Below, in pieces: positions 9,490-18,502 of a stretch of DNA of 64,000 nt. The position numbers were made by a program, and so were the translations under genes. Location of the stretch: NCBI GenBank assembly GCA_050945795.1, contig JBMNTP010000007.1:864-64863 (forward strand), in the 5' to 3' direction. How positions within the stretch are numbered: position 1 is the first letter of the stretch; each line of letters starts with the position of its first letter. The stretch comes from Christensenellales bacterium. GTDB lineage: Bacteria; Bacillota; Clostridia; Christensenellales; MGBC116941. The notes beneath the pieces are model-generated. The model searched no databases. It had not been told where the DNA came from and worked only from the letters and a program-made list of their open reading frames with translations.

Positions 9490-10419
9490 TTATTCCCCCA
9501 ATACTGCGCCTAAAAAGCTTCTGCCCCGCGCCGCGTCGGCTCCGCTCATACGCTTACCGCCCGGCAGTTGCATTTCATCAAGCCTTAGCGCGCCATCCTT
9601 TGCTTTTACAATTATGCCGGCTTTGCCATCGGCTACTATAACCTCACCCGGCCGCCCCGTCGCCTCCCCGTCAAAAGCAGACGCCTTCCATATTTTGAGC
9701 GTACCGTCACCCATGGAAGTGTAAGCGCCGGGCCACGGGTTTACTCCCCTTATAAGATTTATAATATCGGTAACCGGCATCTGCCAGTCTATGCGCCCCG
9801 TCTCTTTTTTTAGCATAGGACAGCGGGTGGCGTCGACTTCGTTCTGCTTATGCCGCGGCGCTTCGCCTTTCTCAATAAGCCGCAGCGTCTTGCAAAGCAG
9901 CTCCGCCCCCATTTCAGACAGCCTTAGCGACAGCTCCGCCGAGTTTTCATCCGGCAGTATAGTGGTTTTGGCGCTAAGTATCATATCGCCGGTATCAATG
10001 CCTTCATCGGTATGCATAGTCGTAACGCCCGTCTCTGTGTCTCCGTTTATAATCGCCCATTGTATAGGCGCTGCGCCCCTAAGCTTTGGCAGCAGCGACG
10101 CGTGAACGTTTATAATGCCGAGCGGCGCAACATCTATAATTTCTTTTGAAAATATCTGCCCAAACGCCGCCGATACGCATATCTCCGGCTTAAGCTCACG
10201 CAAAGCGTCAAGCCCTTCTAGCCGTATCTTTTCAAACTGGAATACCGGTATGCCGGCGCTTAAAGCCAACTCTTTAACCGGCGGCGGCACCGGCTTTTTG
10301 CTCCTGCCCTTTGGCCTATCGGGCTGAGTAAAAACGCCGGCAATGTCATGCCCCTCATTTATAAGCATCCGCAAAGAGGGCACGGCAAATTCCGGCGTGC
10401 CGAAGAAGCATATTCTCAC
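9490..10419 (-). CDS. fmt: methionyl-tRNA formyltransferase
   Basis: Motif HASLLPKLRGAAPIQWAI. 309 aa. Confidence 0.96.
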   Translation of the reverse strand: MRICFFGTPEFAVPSLRMLINEGHDIAGVFTQPDRPKGRSKKPVPPPVKELALSAGIPVFQFEKIRLEGLDALRELKPEICVSAAFGQIFSKEIIDVAPLGIINVHASLLPKLRGAAPIQWAIINGDTETGVTTMHTDEGIDTGDMILSAKTTILPDENSAELSLRLSEMGAELLCKTLRLIEKGEAPRHKQNEVDATRCPMLKKETGRIDWQMPVTDIINLIRGVNPWPGAYTSMGDGTLKIWKASAFDGEATGRPGEVIVADGKAGIIVKAKDGALRLDEMQLPGGKRMSGADAARGRSFLGAVLGE

Positions 10420-10886
10420 TCGGCCTCCTCCTCTTCATCCTCGTCAAATTCCTCAATTATCTCGGGTATAGTAATGCCGTTTAAGTGGTCTATCTCGTGG
10501 CAAAAAGCGCGCGCGAGCAAATCCTCACCGCTCATCTCGCACACCTCGCCATCCCTGTTTAAGTATTTTACTGTAACCTTAGCCGGACGCCGCACCTTGC
10601 CGGTCACGCCGGGATAGCTTAAACACCCTTCGCTTTCAAACTGCTCGCCCTCTTTTTGAATTATCTTAGGGTTTATAAGCTCTATAAGCCCCTCCCCCAC
10701 ATCAATTACGACAACTCTCCTTAATATGCCGACCTGCGGCGCCGCGAGCCCTACTCCGTCCGCGTGCCTCATAGTTTCTTCCATATCGTCGAGCAGCATT
10801 AAAATGCGGTCGTTTATTTGTTCAACCGGCCTGCAAACCTTTTTAAGAGCCGGGTCGTCATCTGTTAGTATTATTCTTAAAGCCAT
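10416..10886 (-). CDS. def: peptide deformylase
   Basis: Motifs GLAAPQVG, EGCLSYPG and HEIDHLNG. ATG 10886 has GAGGTG 6 nt upstream; the track start 10895 is a GTG. Confidence 0.95.
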   Translation of the reverse strand: MALRIILTDDDPALKKVCRPVEQINDRILMLLDDMEETMRHADGVGLAAPQVGILRRVVVIDVGEGLIELINPKIIQKEGEQFESEGCLSYPGVTGKVRRPAKVTVKYLNRDGEVCEMSGEDLLARAFCHEIDHLNGITIPEIIEEFDEDEEEEAE

Positions 10887-10918
10887 ATCAAGCACCTCGC
10901 CTGTAAATTATCTTTATA

Positions 10919-13156
10919 TTATAGCATATTATTAGGGTTGATTTCCAAATCACAAAGAGCGTCTTCCGCACTCATATCCTTAATTGCCTTCATAAGCTCA
11001 GCCGCCGCCTTCCTCGACGCGACGCTGTCCTTAAGCTTTATAAGAGCCTGCGCCCTGTGCCTGCCTTTTATGCGCGATACCGGAGCTGGCGACTCGCCTA
11101 TATAAAGCAGCTTATCCGGCGCATAAGCCGATATTATGCCCTCCGCGACGCGGCGCATCTCAAACGCCGCCTTCTGCGCGCTTATGATGTTTTCAGATGT
11201 CGCGAGCGCCCTTATAAAAAGCGCGAACGGCGGGAAAATAGCCTTTCTTCTAAGCGCCAGCTCCTTTTCATAAAAAGCCTCATAGTCCTGGCGCGCCGCG
11301 CAGGATACGGCGTAATGCTCCGGTGAAAACGTCTGCACGATTACCTTTCCGGCATCGGCGCGACCCGCCCTGCCCGCTACCTGGGTTATAAGCTGAAATG
11401 TTCTCTCGGCGCTGCGATAATCGGGAAGGTAGAGCATATTATCAGCCGCTATAACGCCTACAAGATTTACATCATGAAAATCCAGACCCTTGGCTATCAT
11501 CTGCGTACCTACAAGCACCTGCGCTTCTCCCGCTCCAAACCGGCCTAACAAATCAAGGTGCGCGTCCTTTTTCTGCGTAGTGTCAAAGTCCATGCGTATT
11601 ACCCGCGTTCCCGGAAAAGCCTCCAACACCTGCTCCTCTACCTGCTGCGTTCCTATGCCAAAGTGCTTTAGGTACGGCTTTGAGCATTCGGGACATACGC
11701 CCGGCACTTCGCTTTCCTCGCCGCAGTAATGGCAGCGCGCCGCCGACAAATGATACGTCATAGACACATCGCATTGGCCGCACCGCATGACATACCCGCA
11801 CCCGCGGCACATTACAAACGTAGCGTAGCCGCGGCGGTTTAGAAAAAGCATAGCCTGTCTGCCGCTTCTTATGGTATCAAGCAGCGAGGTATAAAGCGCG
11901 GCGCTAAAAATAGAGCGATTACCGCTCTTTATCTCGTCGCGCATGTCAATAACCTCGGTTTTAGGCATAGGCAAGCTATTTACCCGGCAAGGCAGCTCAA
12001 CAAGACCATACGCCCCCCTACGGCATTTAAAATACGTCTCTATGCTCGGCGTGGCGCTACCGAGCAGCAACAGCCCGCCGCGAAGCCTCATAGACGCAAC
12101 GGCAGCGGCGTTGTAGCGCGGATGCGCGTCGCTGCGGTAGCTGCTTTCGTGTTCCTCGTCGATTACAATAAGCCCAAGGTTATTAACCGGCGCAAAAACT
12201 GCCGACCGCGCGCCTATAACAACCCGTGCCTCTCCTCGCCGTATCCTGCGCCATTCATCAAACCGCTCGCCCGCCGACAGCCTGCTGTGCAACAGAGCGG
12301 TATTGTCGCCGAATCTGCCCCTGAACCGCTCTATAGCCTGCGGTGTCAGCGATATTTCCGGCACTAGCACAATGGCGCCCTCGCCCCGTTCAAGGCACTT
12401 ATCTATAAGCGCCATGTACACCTCGGTTTTGCCGCTGCCGGTAACGCCGTGCAAAAGAAATGTCTCGCCCGAACCAAGCTTTTTGCATAGCACCGAAACG
12501 GCGTTTTGCTGATCTTCCGTCAGCTCATGCGTTTTTATATCAAGAACCACGTCCTTATACGGTGTGCGTATGCTCTCCGCCTCAAAAATCTCTACAAGTC
12601 CCTTTTCCTCAAGCCTTCTTACCGCCGCCGCGCCGCCCGGGACATGCTTTGACATTTCGGATATCTTAACATCCCATCCCGGCATAAGCATACGCAGCGC
12701 CTCGGCCTGTGCCGGCGCTTTAATCGTACCCGCTTTAGAGCGCATGCCCTCTATCGCCGCCTCCGCCTCTTCCCTTGTAACAGCAAGCTTTGCCATAAGC
12801 ACAGACTTGCTCTTTACTCGTCCTCCCCGCATCTGCGCCGGTATCATAAGCCTTAGCGCCTCGACAAGCAGACAGCCGTATTCCTCTTGCATTTTTTTAG
12901 CAAGAAGTATTTGCTCCGGCAGCAGCACTGTATCTTTATCAATCACCCGAACAATCTTTTTAATGCGCTCCGGAGCCACCGTCGGCTTCGGCTTAACATC
13001 CATCACAAAGCCTTCTTTAGGCCTGTTGCCTCCGCCAAAAGGCACTATAACTCGCGAGCCGGGCAAAACCCGGCTCTCTAGTTCCTCAGGCACGGCGTAT
13101 TCGTATAGCCTGTCTATATTCGGATGCGCTATGTCCACAATGACATCAGCAAACAT
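10919..13156 (-). CDS. priA: primosomal protein N' (replication restart helicase)
   Basis: Walker A GVTGSGKTEVY, DEEHE box, and Cys4-Cys4 zinc cluster CRGCGYVMRCGQCD...CHYCG...CPEC. ATG 13156 has AAGGGTGG upstream. Confidence 0.95.
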   Translation of the reverse strand: MFADVIVDIAHPNIDRLYEYAVPEELESRVLPGSRVIVPFGGGNRPKEGFVMDVKPKPTVAPERIKKIVRVIDKDTVLLPEQILLAKKMQEEYGCLLVEALRLMIPAQMRGGRVKSKSVLMAKLAVTREEAEAAIEGMRSKAGTIKAPAQAEALRMLMPGWDVKISEMSKHVPGGAAAVRRLEEKGLVEIFEAESIRTPYKDVVLDIKTHELTEDQQNAVSVLCKKLGSGETFLLHGVTGSGKTEVYMALIDKCLERGEGAIVLVPEISLTPQAIERFRGRFGDNTALLHSRLSAGERFDEWRRIRRGEARVVIGARSAVFAPVNNLGLIVIDEEHESSYRSDAHPRYNAAAVASMRLRGGLLLLGSATPSIETYFKCRRGAYGLVELPCRVNSLPMPKTEVIDMRDEIKSGNRSIFSAALYTSLLDTIRSGRQAMLFLNRRGYATFVMCRGCGYVMRCGQCDVSMTYHLSAARCHYCGEESEVPGVCPECSKPYLKHFGIGTQQVEEQVLEAFPGTRVIRMDFDTTQKKDAHLDLLGRFGAGEAQVLVGTQMIAKGLDFHDVNLVGVIAADNMLYLPDYRSAERTFQLITQVAGRAGRADAGKVIVQTFSPEHYAVSCAARQDYEAFYEKELALRRKAIFPPFALFIRALATSENIISAQKAAFEMRRVAEGIISAYAPDKLLYIGESPAPVSRIKGRHRAQALIKLKDSVASRKAAAELMKAIKDMSAEDALCDLEINPNNML

Positions 13157-13204
13157 CTTAACCACCCTTCAAAGAATCCCGCACCGCCACGCGCAGGAGA
13201 AACA

Positions 13205-14386
13205 TTAAAATATTGCGTGAAGCTCGTCCAAAATACGGTCGGCAACTTCTATTTTAAGTCCTTCAATCCGTATAGAACCGCTTTCGCTTATAAGCGTAAC
13301 CTTGTTTGTATCAACATCGAAACCCGCGCCCGGCTCCCTGACGTCGTTTGCCGCTATCATGTCAAGCCCCTTCTTTTTAAGCTTGTCCCAGGCATAGCCT
13401 ATTACATCGTCGGTCTCGGCGGCGAAGCCTATAAGCTTTTGCCCCTTTTTAGCCGCCGACAGCGCCTTTAATATGTCCGGCGTTTCTATAAGCTCAATAT
13501 GTGCGGCATCGCCGGTCTTTTTGATTTTGCGCTCCGAAAGCTTTGCCGGCCGGTAATCGGCGGGCGCTGCCGCCATAACAACGGCATCGCATGACTCAAA
13601 CGCCTCTTTACAGGCGTGAAGCATCTCATCCGTTGTTTCTGCTATAACAAGCTTAACACCCGCCGGCGGCTTTAGCGCGACAGGGCCTGATACCAGCGTT
13701 ACATCCGCGCCTCTTGCTTTTGCCGCCTCGGCGAGCGCGTATCCCATCTTGCCGGAGGATTTGTTTGAAATAAACCTTATAGGATCTATCTGCTCTCTTG
13801 TCGGCCCCGCCGTTATAAGCAAATGCTTTCCTGAAAAATCATTCTTTATATTAAGCGCCTTTAAAGCCGCCTCAACTATCTGCTCCGGCTCCGCCAGCCT
13901 GCCCGCTCCGATATCGCCGCAGGCTAGCATACCGCTTCCCGGCTCTACTATATGAGCGCCGCGCCTTTTAAGCGTTTCTATGTTTTGCCTTACCGCCTCA
14001 TGCTCATACATCTTTGTATTCATCGCCGGTGCTATAACCAAAGGCGCGCGCGTTGCCATAACTGTTGTTGAAAGCATGTTGTCGGCTATACCAAGCGCCA
14101 TTTTGCCTATTATATTTGCCGTTGCCGGTGCTATAATAAAAACATCTGCCCGCTTTGCCAGCGCTATATGTTCAACATCCCAGTCGCCGCGCTGAAACAT
14201 ATCGCAGGCGACGGGGTTTTTGGTTATTGTCTCAAGCGTAAGCGGGGTAATGAATTCTTTGGCGGCATCCGTCATAATCACAAAAACATCCAGTCCCGCC
14301 TTTGTAAGGCGACTGGATATTTCGGCCGCCTTGTAAGCGGCAATACCGCCGCTTATCCCTAATACAGCGGCTTTTTTTGTGTTCAT
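13205..14386 (-). CDS. coaBC: bifunctional phosphopantothenoylcysteine decarboxylase/synthetase
   Basis: Flavoprotein N-terminal domain (GISGGIAAYKA) plus a CoaB domain (SSGKMG). 393 aa. Confidence 0.95.
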   Translation of the reverse strand: MNTKKAAVLGISGGIAAYKAAEISSRLTKAGLDVFVIMTDAAKEFITPLTLETITKNPVACDMFQRGDWDVEHIALAKRADVFIIAPATANIIGKMALGIADNMLSTTVMATRAPLVIAPAMNTKMYEHEAVRQNIETLKRRGAHIVEPGSGMLACGDIGAGRLAEPEQIVEAALKALNIKNDFSGKHLLITAGPTREQIDPIRFISNKSSGKMGYALAEAAKARGADVTLVSGPVALKPPAGVKLVIAETTDEMLHACKEAFESCDAVVMAAAPADYRPAKLSERKIKKTGDAAHIELIETPDILKALSAAKKGQKLIGFAAETDDVIGYAWDKLKKKGLDMIAANDVREPGAGFDVDTNKVTLISESGSIRIEGLKIEVADRILDELHAIF

Positions 14387-14387
14387 T

Positions 14388-14591
14388 TTATTTTTTCTCC
14401 TGTGCCGGTAGATATTTCACCTTATTATCGTATATTTCCATTATAGCGATGGTTACCGGCTTATTGCTTTCCGATTCAACAAGCGGTTCCTCTCCCGCAA
14501 CAAGCTGCCTCGCCCTCTTGGCCGTTTCAACAACCAGAGTGTAGCGGCAGTCTACTTTTTCAATAAGCTCATCGAGCGGCGGATAAATCAT
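14388..14591 (-). CDS. rpoZ: DNA-directed RNA polymerase subunit omega
   Basis: 67 aa, with RYTLVVETAKRARQL. Syntenic between gmk and coaBC. Confidence 0.92.
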   Translation of the reverse strand: MIYPPLDELIEKVDCRYTLVVETAKRARQLVAGEEPLVESESNKPVTIAIMEIYDNKVKYLPAQEKK

Positions 14592-15208
14592 AATTTGCCT
14601 CCGTTTTTAAGATATTTGCCTATCCCCTTATTCCGTTCCACCTTAAGCGCCTCGGCCTTAAGTATGGTTTCAATGTCCTCTATAGCTTTATCAACATCGC
14701 TATTTATAACGACATAATCATACTCTTCCAATATGTCTATTTCCTGCTTGCCTATTTCAATCCTGTTTTCCATGTCTTCCTGGCCGTTTACGCCTCTGGC
14801 CTCTATGCGCTCTTTTAGCGCCTCCATGGTAGGCGGCAACAGGAATATGAAAACGCCGTTTTGTATTTTATTTATAAGCGACGTCGCACCCTGTACGTCA
14901 ATCTCAAGAATAACGTTGTTGCCTTCGCAAATCGCCTCTTCAACAAAATCGCATGGTGTGCCGTAATAATGGCCGTGAACCTTGGCGTATTCAAGCAGCT
15001 TATCCCTTTGTATAAGCGACTGAAACTCCTCATCCGACACAAAAAAGTAGCTCTTGCCTTCTATCTCATTTGGGCGCTTGGGCCTTGTGGTAACCGAAAC
15101 CGACAGCTTAAACTCCGGATTTCTTTCAACCAACCTATCAACCACCGTTCCCTTTCCAACCGCGGAAGGGCCGGATATTATAATCGGAAAACCAATACGC
15201 TCAAACAT
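14588..15208 (-). CDS. gmk: guanylate kinase
   Basis: P-loop GPSAVGKGT. ATG 15208 has GGAG 8 nt upstream; the track start is GTG 15217. Confidence 0.95.
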   Translation of the reverse strand: MFERIGFPIIISGPSAVGKGTVVDRLVERNPEFKLSVSVTTRPKRPNEIEGKSYFFVSDEEFQSLIQRDKLLEYAKVHGHYYGTPCDFVEEAICEGNNVILEIDVQGATSLINKIQNGVFIFLLPPTMEALKERIEARGVNGQEDMENRIEIGKQEIDILEEYDYVVINSDVDKAIEDIETILKAEALKVERNKGIGKYLKNGGKL

Positions 15209-15231
15209 ATCTCTCACTCCATTCGCAATAA

Positions 15232-15495
15232 TTATTCGTCAATATCATCGTTATCTCGCGAATCAAGCCTGTTGGCCACCGTTTCCGGCTGCACCGCCGA
15301 AAGTATAACGTGATCGCTGTCCATCATTATAACCGCGCGCGTGCGTCTGCCGTATGTCGCATCGATAAGCATACCGCGGTCGCGAGCCTCCTGTATTATG
15401 CGCTTAATAGGCGCAGATTCAGGGCTAACAATAGCTATAAGCCTGTTGGCCGAAACTATGTTGCCAAAGCCAATATTAATGAGTTTTATGCTCAT
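15232..15495 (-). CDS. remA: DUF370 regulator RemA (YlzA family)
   Basis: [32 protein letters not shown]... is near-invariant in the RemA family. Confidence 0.93.
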   Translation of the reverse strand: MSIKLINIGFGNIVSANRLIAIVSPESAPIKRIIQEARDRGMLIDATYGRRTRAVIMMDSDHVILSAVQPETVANRLDSRDNDDIDE

Positions 15496-15507
15496 TTCGC
15501 CAACCCC

Positions 15508-16386
15508 TTATTCAATATTCTGTACTTGTTCACGCATCTTCTCTAATTCGCACTTAATCTTAACAACGGTATTGGTTATTTCGACATCGTTCGCTTTAGA
15601 GCCGATGGTGTTGGTCTCCCTGTTCATTTCCTGAAGTGTAAAGTCCAGCTTCTTGCCAACAGCGCCCTCTTGCGCCATGGCCGATTCAAACTGTGATATA
15701 TGGCTGTTTAGCCGCACAAGCTCCTCATCTATATTGCTTCTATCGGCAAACAATGCTATTTCATTCGCTAGCCGCGCCTCATCCATCGCCACAACGCCAT
15801 CTAGCATATCTTTTATTCTCTGCTCAAGCTTAAGTTTATATTCTATAGGTACTTGCGGCGCACGCTCGGATATAGCTCCCGTTAAAGACGACACCTCTTT
15901 TAGCCTCGCCAAAAGATCCTCCCGTAGCTTATCGCCCTCCGCCGCCCTCATAGCGCGCATGCCTTCAAGCGCCGCCTCACATGCCTCGGCGCATAGCAGT
16001 TCAATCGCCTCTCGATCCTCATCCTCCTCTACGACAGAAAAAACATCCGGCATTTTCAGCGCGTCTGTTACCGCGAGGTCGTCTGGCAGGCCATTTTGCT
16101 CGGCTAGCAGCCGCATAGCCGCGACGTATTCTCTAAAAAGCGCCGGATCCGGCACAACCTTTCTCGTGTCGTCGCGGTTGTTTATATAATTAAGATAAAC
16201 ATCAACATGCCCGCGATGCAGCGCCGCTCCTATCTGCTTGCGCAATTTATTCTCTAAAAACGACAAAAATCGCGGTAGCCGCATGCTTACATCGAGATAT
16301 CGATGGTTGACGCTCTTAAGCTCTATGCTTATTTCGCGCCCCTCTTTCCCTGCGGCACCGGAGCCATAACCCGTCATTGATTGCAT
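15508..16386 (-). CDS. YicC/YloC family endoribonuclease
   Basis: MQSMTGYGSG... N-terminus and C-terminal DUF1732 (NRETNTIGSKAN). The internal ATG 16386 is preferred over the track start 16425, which has no SD. Confidence 0.9.
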   Translation of the reverse strand: MQSMTGYGSGAAGKEGREISIELKSVNHRYLDVSMRLPRFLSFLENKLRKQIGAALHRGHVDVYLNYINNRDDTRKVVPDPALFREYVAAMRLLAEQNGLPDDLAVTDALKMPDVFSVVEEDEDREAIELLCAEACEAALEGMRAMRAAEGDKLREDLLARLKEVSSLTGAISERAPQVPIEYKLKLEQRIKDMLDGVVAMDEARLANEIALFADRSNIDEELVRLNSHISQFESAMAQEGAVGKKLDFTLQEMNRETNTIGSKANDVEITNTVVKIKCELEKMREQVQNIE

Positions 16387-16537
16387 TTTTTCACTTCTTT
16401 CACAGCCTAAATCCTGTTTTGTCATTATAACACATTTTTAATATTTACACACTTTTTTATTACATTTCGCTCACAATTCGCCGCTGCCAGCATGAAGCCA
16501 CGCATATTGATGGCTATTGTACATATTCATCTTCATT

Positions 16538-18502
16538 TTACCCTAAAAGGTTTATGAGTTTTTCCTCGTCTAAAATTTCAATGCCCAGCGCCAGCGCCCT
16601 TTCAAGCTTTGAGCCCGCCTTTTCCCCCGCCAAAAGATAATCGGTATTTTTGCTTACCGATGAGGATACCTTGCCTCCCTCTCCGGTTATCAGCTTTTCA
16701 AAATGCTGCCTAGGCTTAGAAAGAGTGCCGGTTATAACAAAGCTTTTGCCTAAAAGCGCGCTGCCCGTCGCCGCCTCGCCGCCGCCCGGCCTTACTCCCA
16801 GCCGCAGCAGCCTGTCTATATGCGCAGCGTTGCCGTCATCTAGGAAAAATCCGACGATGGACGCGGCGGTAATATCGCCTATGTCGTCAAGCTCAACAAG
16901 CTCTGTTTCTTTCGCCCGTCTTAATTCGTCCAGCGAGCCGAACCTTTCTGCCAGATCGTGCGCCGTCTTTCGCCCGACATTAGGTATACCGATAGCGTTT
17001 ATAAACGCCGCCAGCGTGCAGCCTTTGCTTTTTTCGAGAGCGTCTGTAAGGTTTTTAACCTTCTTTTCGCCCCATCCCCTCATCTGAACAAGCTTGACTG
17101 TATCAATCTCATAAAGATCTGCTGCGTTTCTTAAATTAAATTCATCAAAAAACAGCTCAATGCTTTTTTCATTAAGCGTTTCTATATTCATAGCCTCCCG
17201 GCTGGCAAAATGCACGACCCTCGCCACCACCTGCGGACGGCAATCCTTGTCGTTTAGGCAGAACAAATTAGCCCCCCGCTCCTCCAAAACGCTCTGACAT
17301 TCGGGACAAACCTCCGGCTTTTCAATTTCGCCTTCGCCATCCCCCGCCGTTCCTGTGATTTCTGGTATAACGTCATTTGAGCGGCGCACCCATACCGTAC
17401 AACCATGCTTTATGCCCTTGCGCCTTAGCTCTCCGTAGTTGTTGAGCGTCGCCGCCTTTACGGTAACGCCGCCTATATCAACCGGCTCTATGTTAGCTAG
17501 CGGCGTAAGCTTGCCGGTGCGCCCTACTCCCCATGTAACCTTAATTAGCTTTGAGCTCATTTCAAGCGCCTCGAATTTATAAGCTATCGCCCAGCGCGGG
17601 AATCTGTCGGTATAGCCAAGCGCCTGCCTTAAAGCAATGCTGTCCACTTTTATAACAAGCCCGTCTATAAGATAATCAAGCTCGTCACGCTCCGCCTCCG
17701 CCTTTGACAACTCTAAAATAAGCTCCTCAGCCTTTTTAAACGATTTGAAATAGTCTGATACCGGAAAGCCGCAGCCAATTATAAATTCCATCATATCGGT
17801 ATAGGTCGAAAACTGCGGTCTGCCCTCAATAAAGCCTATATTATAGAAAAAAGCGTCGAGCTTTCGCGCCGCCGTAACTCTCGGATCAAGGTTTCTAAGA
17901 GCGCCCGCCGCCCCGTTTCTGGCGTTTTTTAATGGTTCCGCCGCCGTTTTGTTATAATCCTCCAATACCGACAGCCTCATAAAGCACTCGCCATGTATCT
18001 CCATTCGCCCTTTAAAAGGTATAGCGCGCGGTATATCGGCTATCGTCTTTACCTGCTCAAGTATAACCTCGCCAACGCTGCCGTCCCCCCTTGTAGCCGC
18101 CTGCTCAAGCTTTCCATCCGAGTATGTCAGGTTTATGCTTAAACCGTCCAGCTTATGCTCTAGCGTATAAAGAGACGGCGAAAGCCCGGCCGCCTCCCGC
18201 GCCTTTTCGGTCTTTTGAACCCATGCTGTGACTTCCTCTTTGCTTTTGCGTTTATCCATGCTCCACAGCCGCGCCAGATGCCGGTGCTTGGCGAAAACGG
18301 CAAGAGGAGCCGCCCCTACACTTTGCGTAGGCGAATCCTCCAATATAACTCCCGTCTCTTTTTCAAGCTCTAGCAGCTTGTCAAACAGCGCGTCGTATTC
18401 CGCGTCCGGCTTTAAAGGAGCGTCGAGCGCGTAATAAGCGTATGCCAGTTTATTAAGCTCATCAACAAGCTCTCGCATGTTTTCCATACGATAAATCCTC
18501 AT
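16538..18502 (-). CDS. ligA: NAD-dependent DNA ligase
   Basis: Adenylation motif EHKLDGLS, Cys4 zinc finger (CPECQSVL...C), HhH and C-terminal BRCT domains. ATGA overlap with the pcrA stop. Confidence 0.96.
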   Translation of the reverse strand: MRIYRMENMRELVDELNKLAYAYYALDAPLKPDAEYDALFDKLLELEKETGVILEDSPTQSVGAAPLAVFAKHRHLARLWSMDKRKSKEEVTAWVQKTEKAREAAGLSPSLYTLEHKLDGLSINLTYSDGKLEQAATRGDGSVGEVILEQVKTIADIPRAIPFKGRMEIHGECFMRLSVLEDYNKTAAEPLKNARNGAAGALRNLDPRVTAARKLDAFFYNIGFIEGRPQFSTYTDMMEFIIGCGFPVSDYFKSFKKAEELILELSKAEAERDELDYLIDGLVIKVDSIALRQALGYTDRFPRWAIAYKFEALEMSSKLIKVTWGVGRTGKLTPLANIEPVDIGGVTVKAATLNNYGELRRKGIKHGCTVWVRRSNDVIPEITGTAGDGEGEIEKPEVCPECQSVLEERGANLFCLNDKDCRPQVVARVVHFASREAMNIETLNEKSIELFFDEFNLRNAADLYEIDTVKLVQMRGWGEKKVKNLTDALEKSKGCTLAAFINAIGIPNVGRKTAHDLAERFGSLDELRRAKETELVELDDIGDITAASIVGFFLDDGNAAHIDRLLRLGVRPGGGEAATGSALLGKSFVITGTLSKPRQHFEKLITGEGGKVSSSVSKNTDYLLAGEKAGSKLERALALGIEILDEEKLINLLG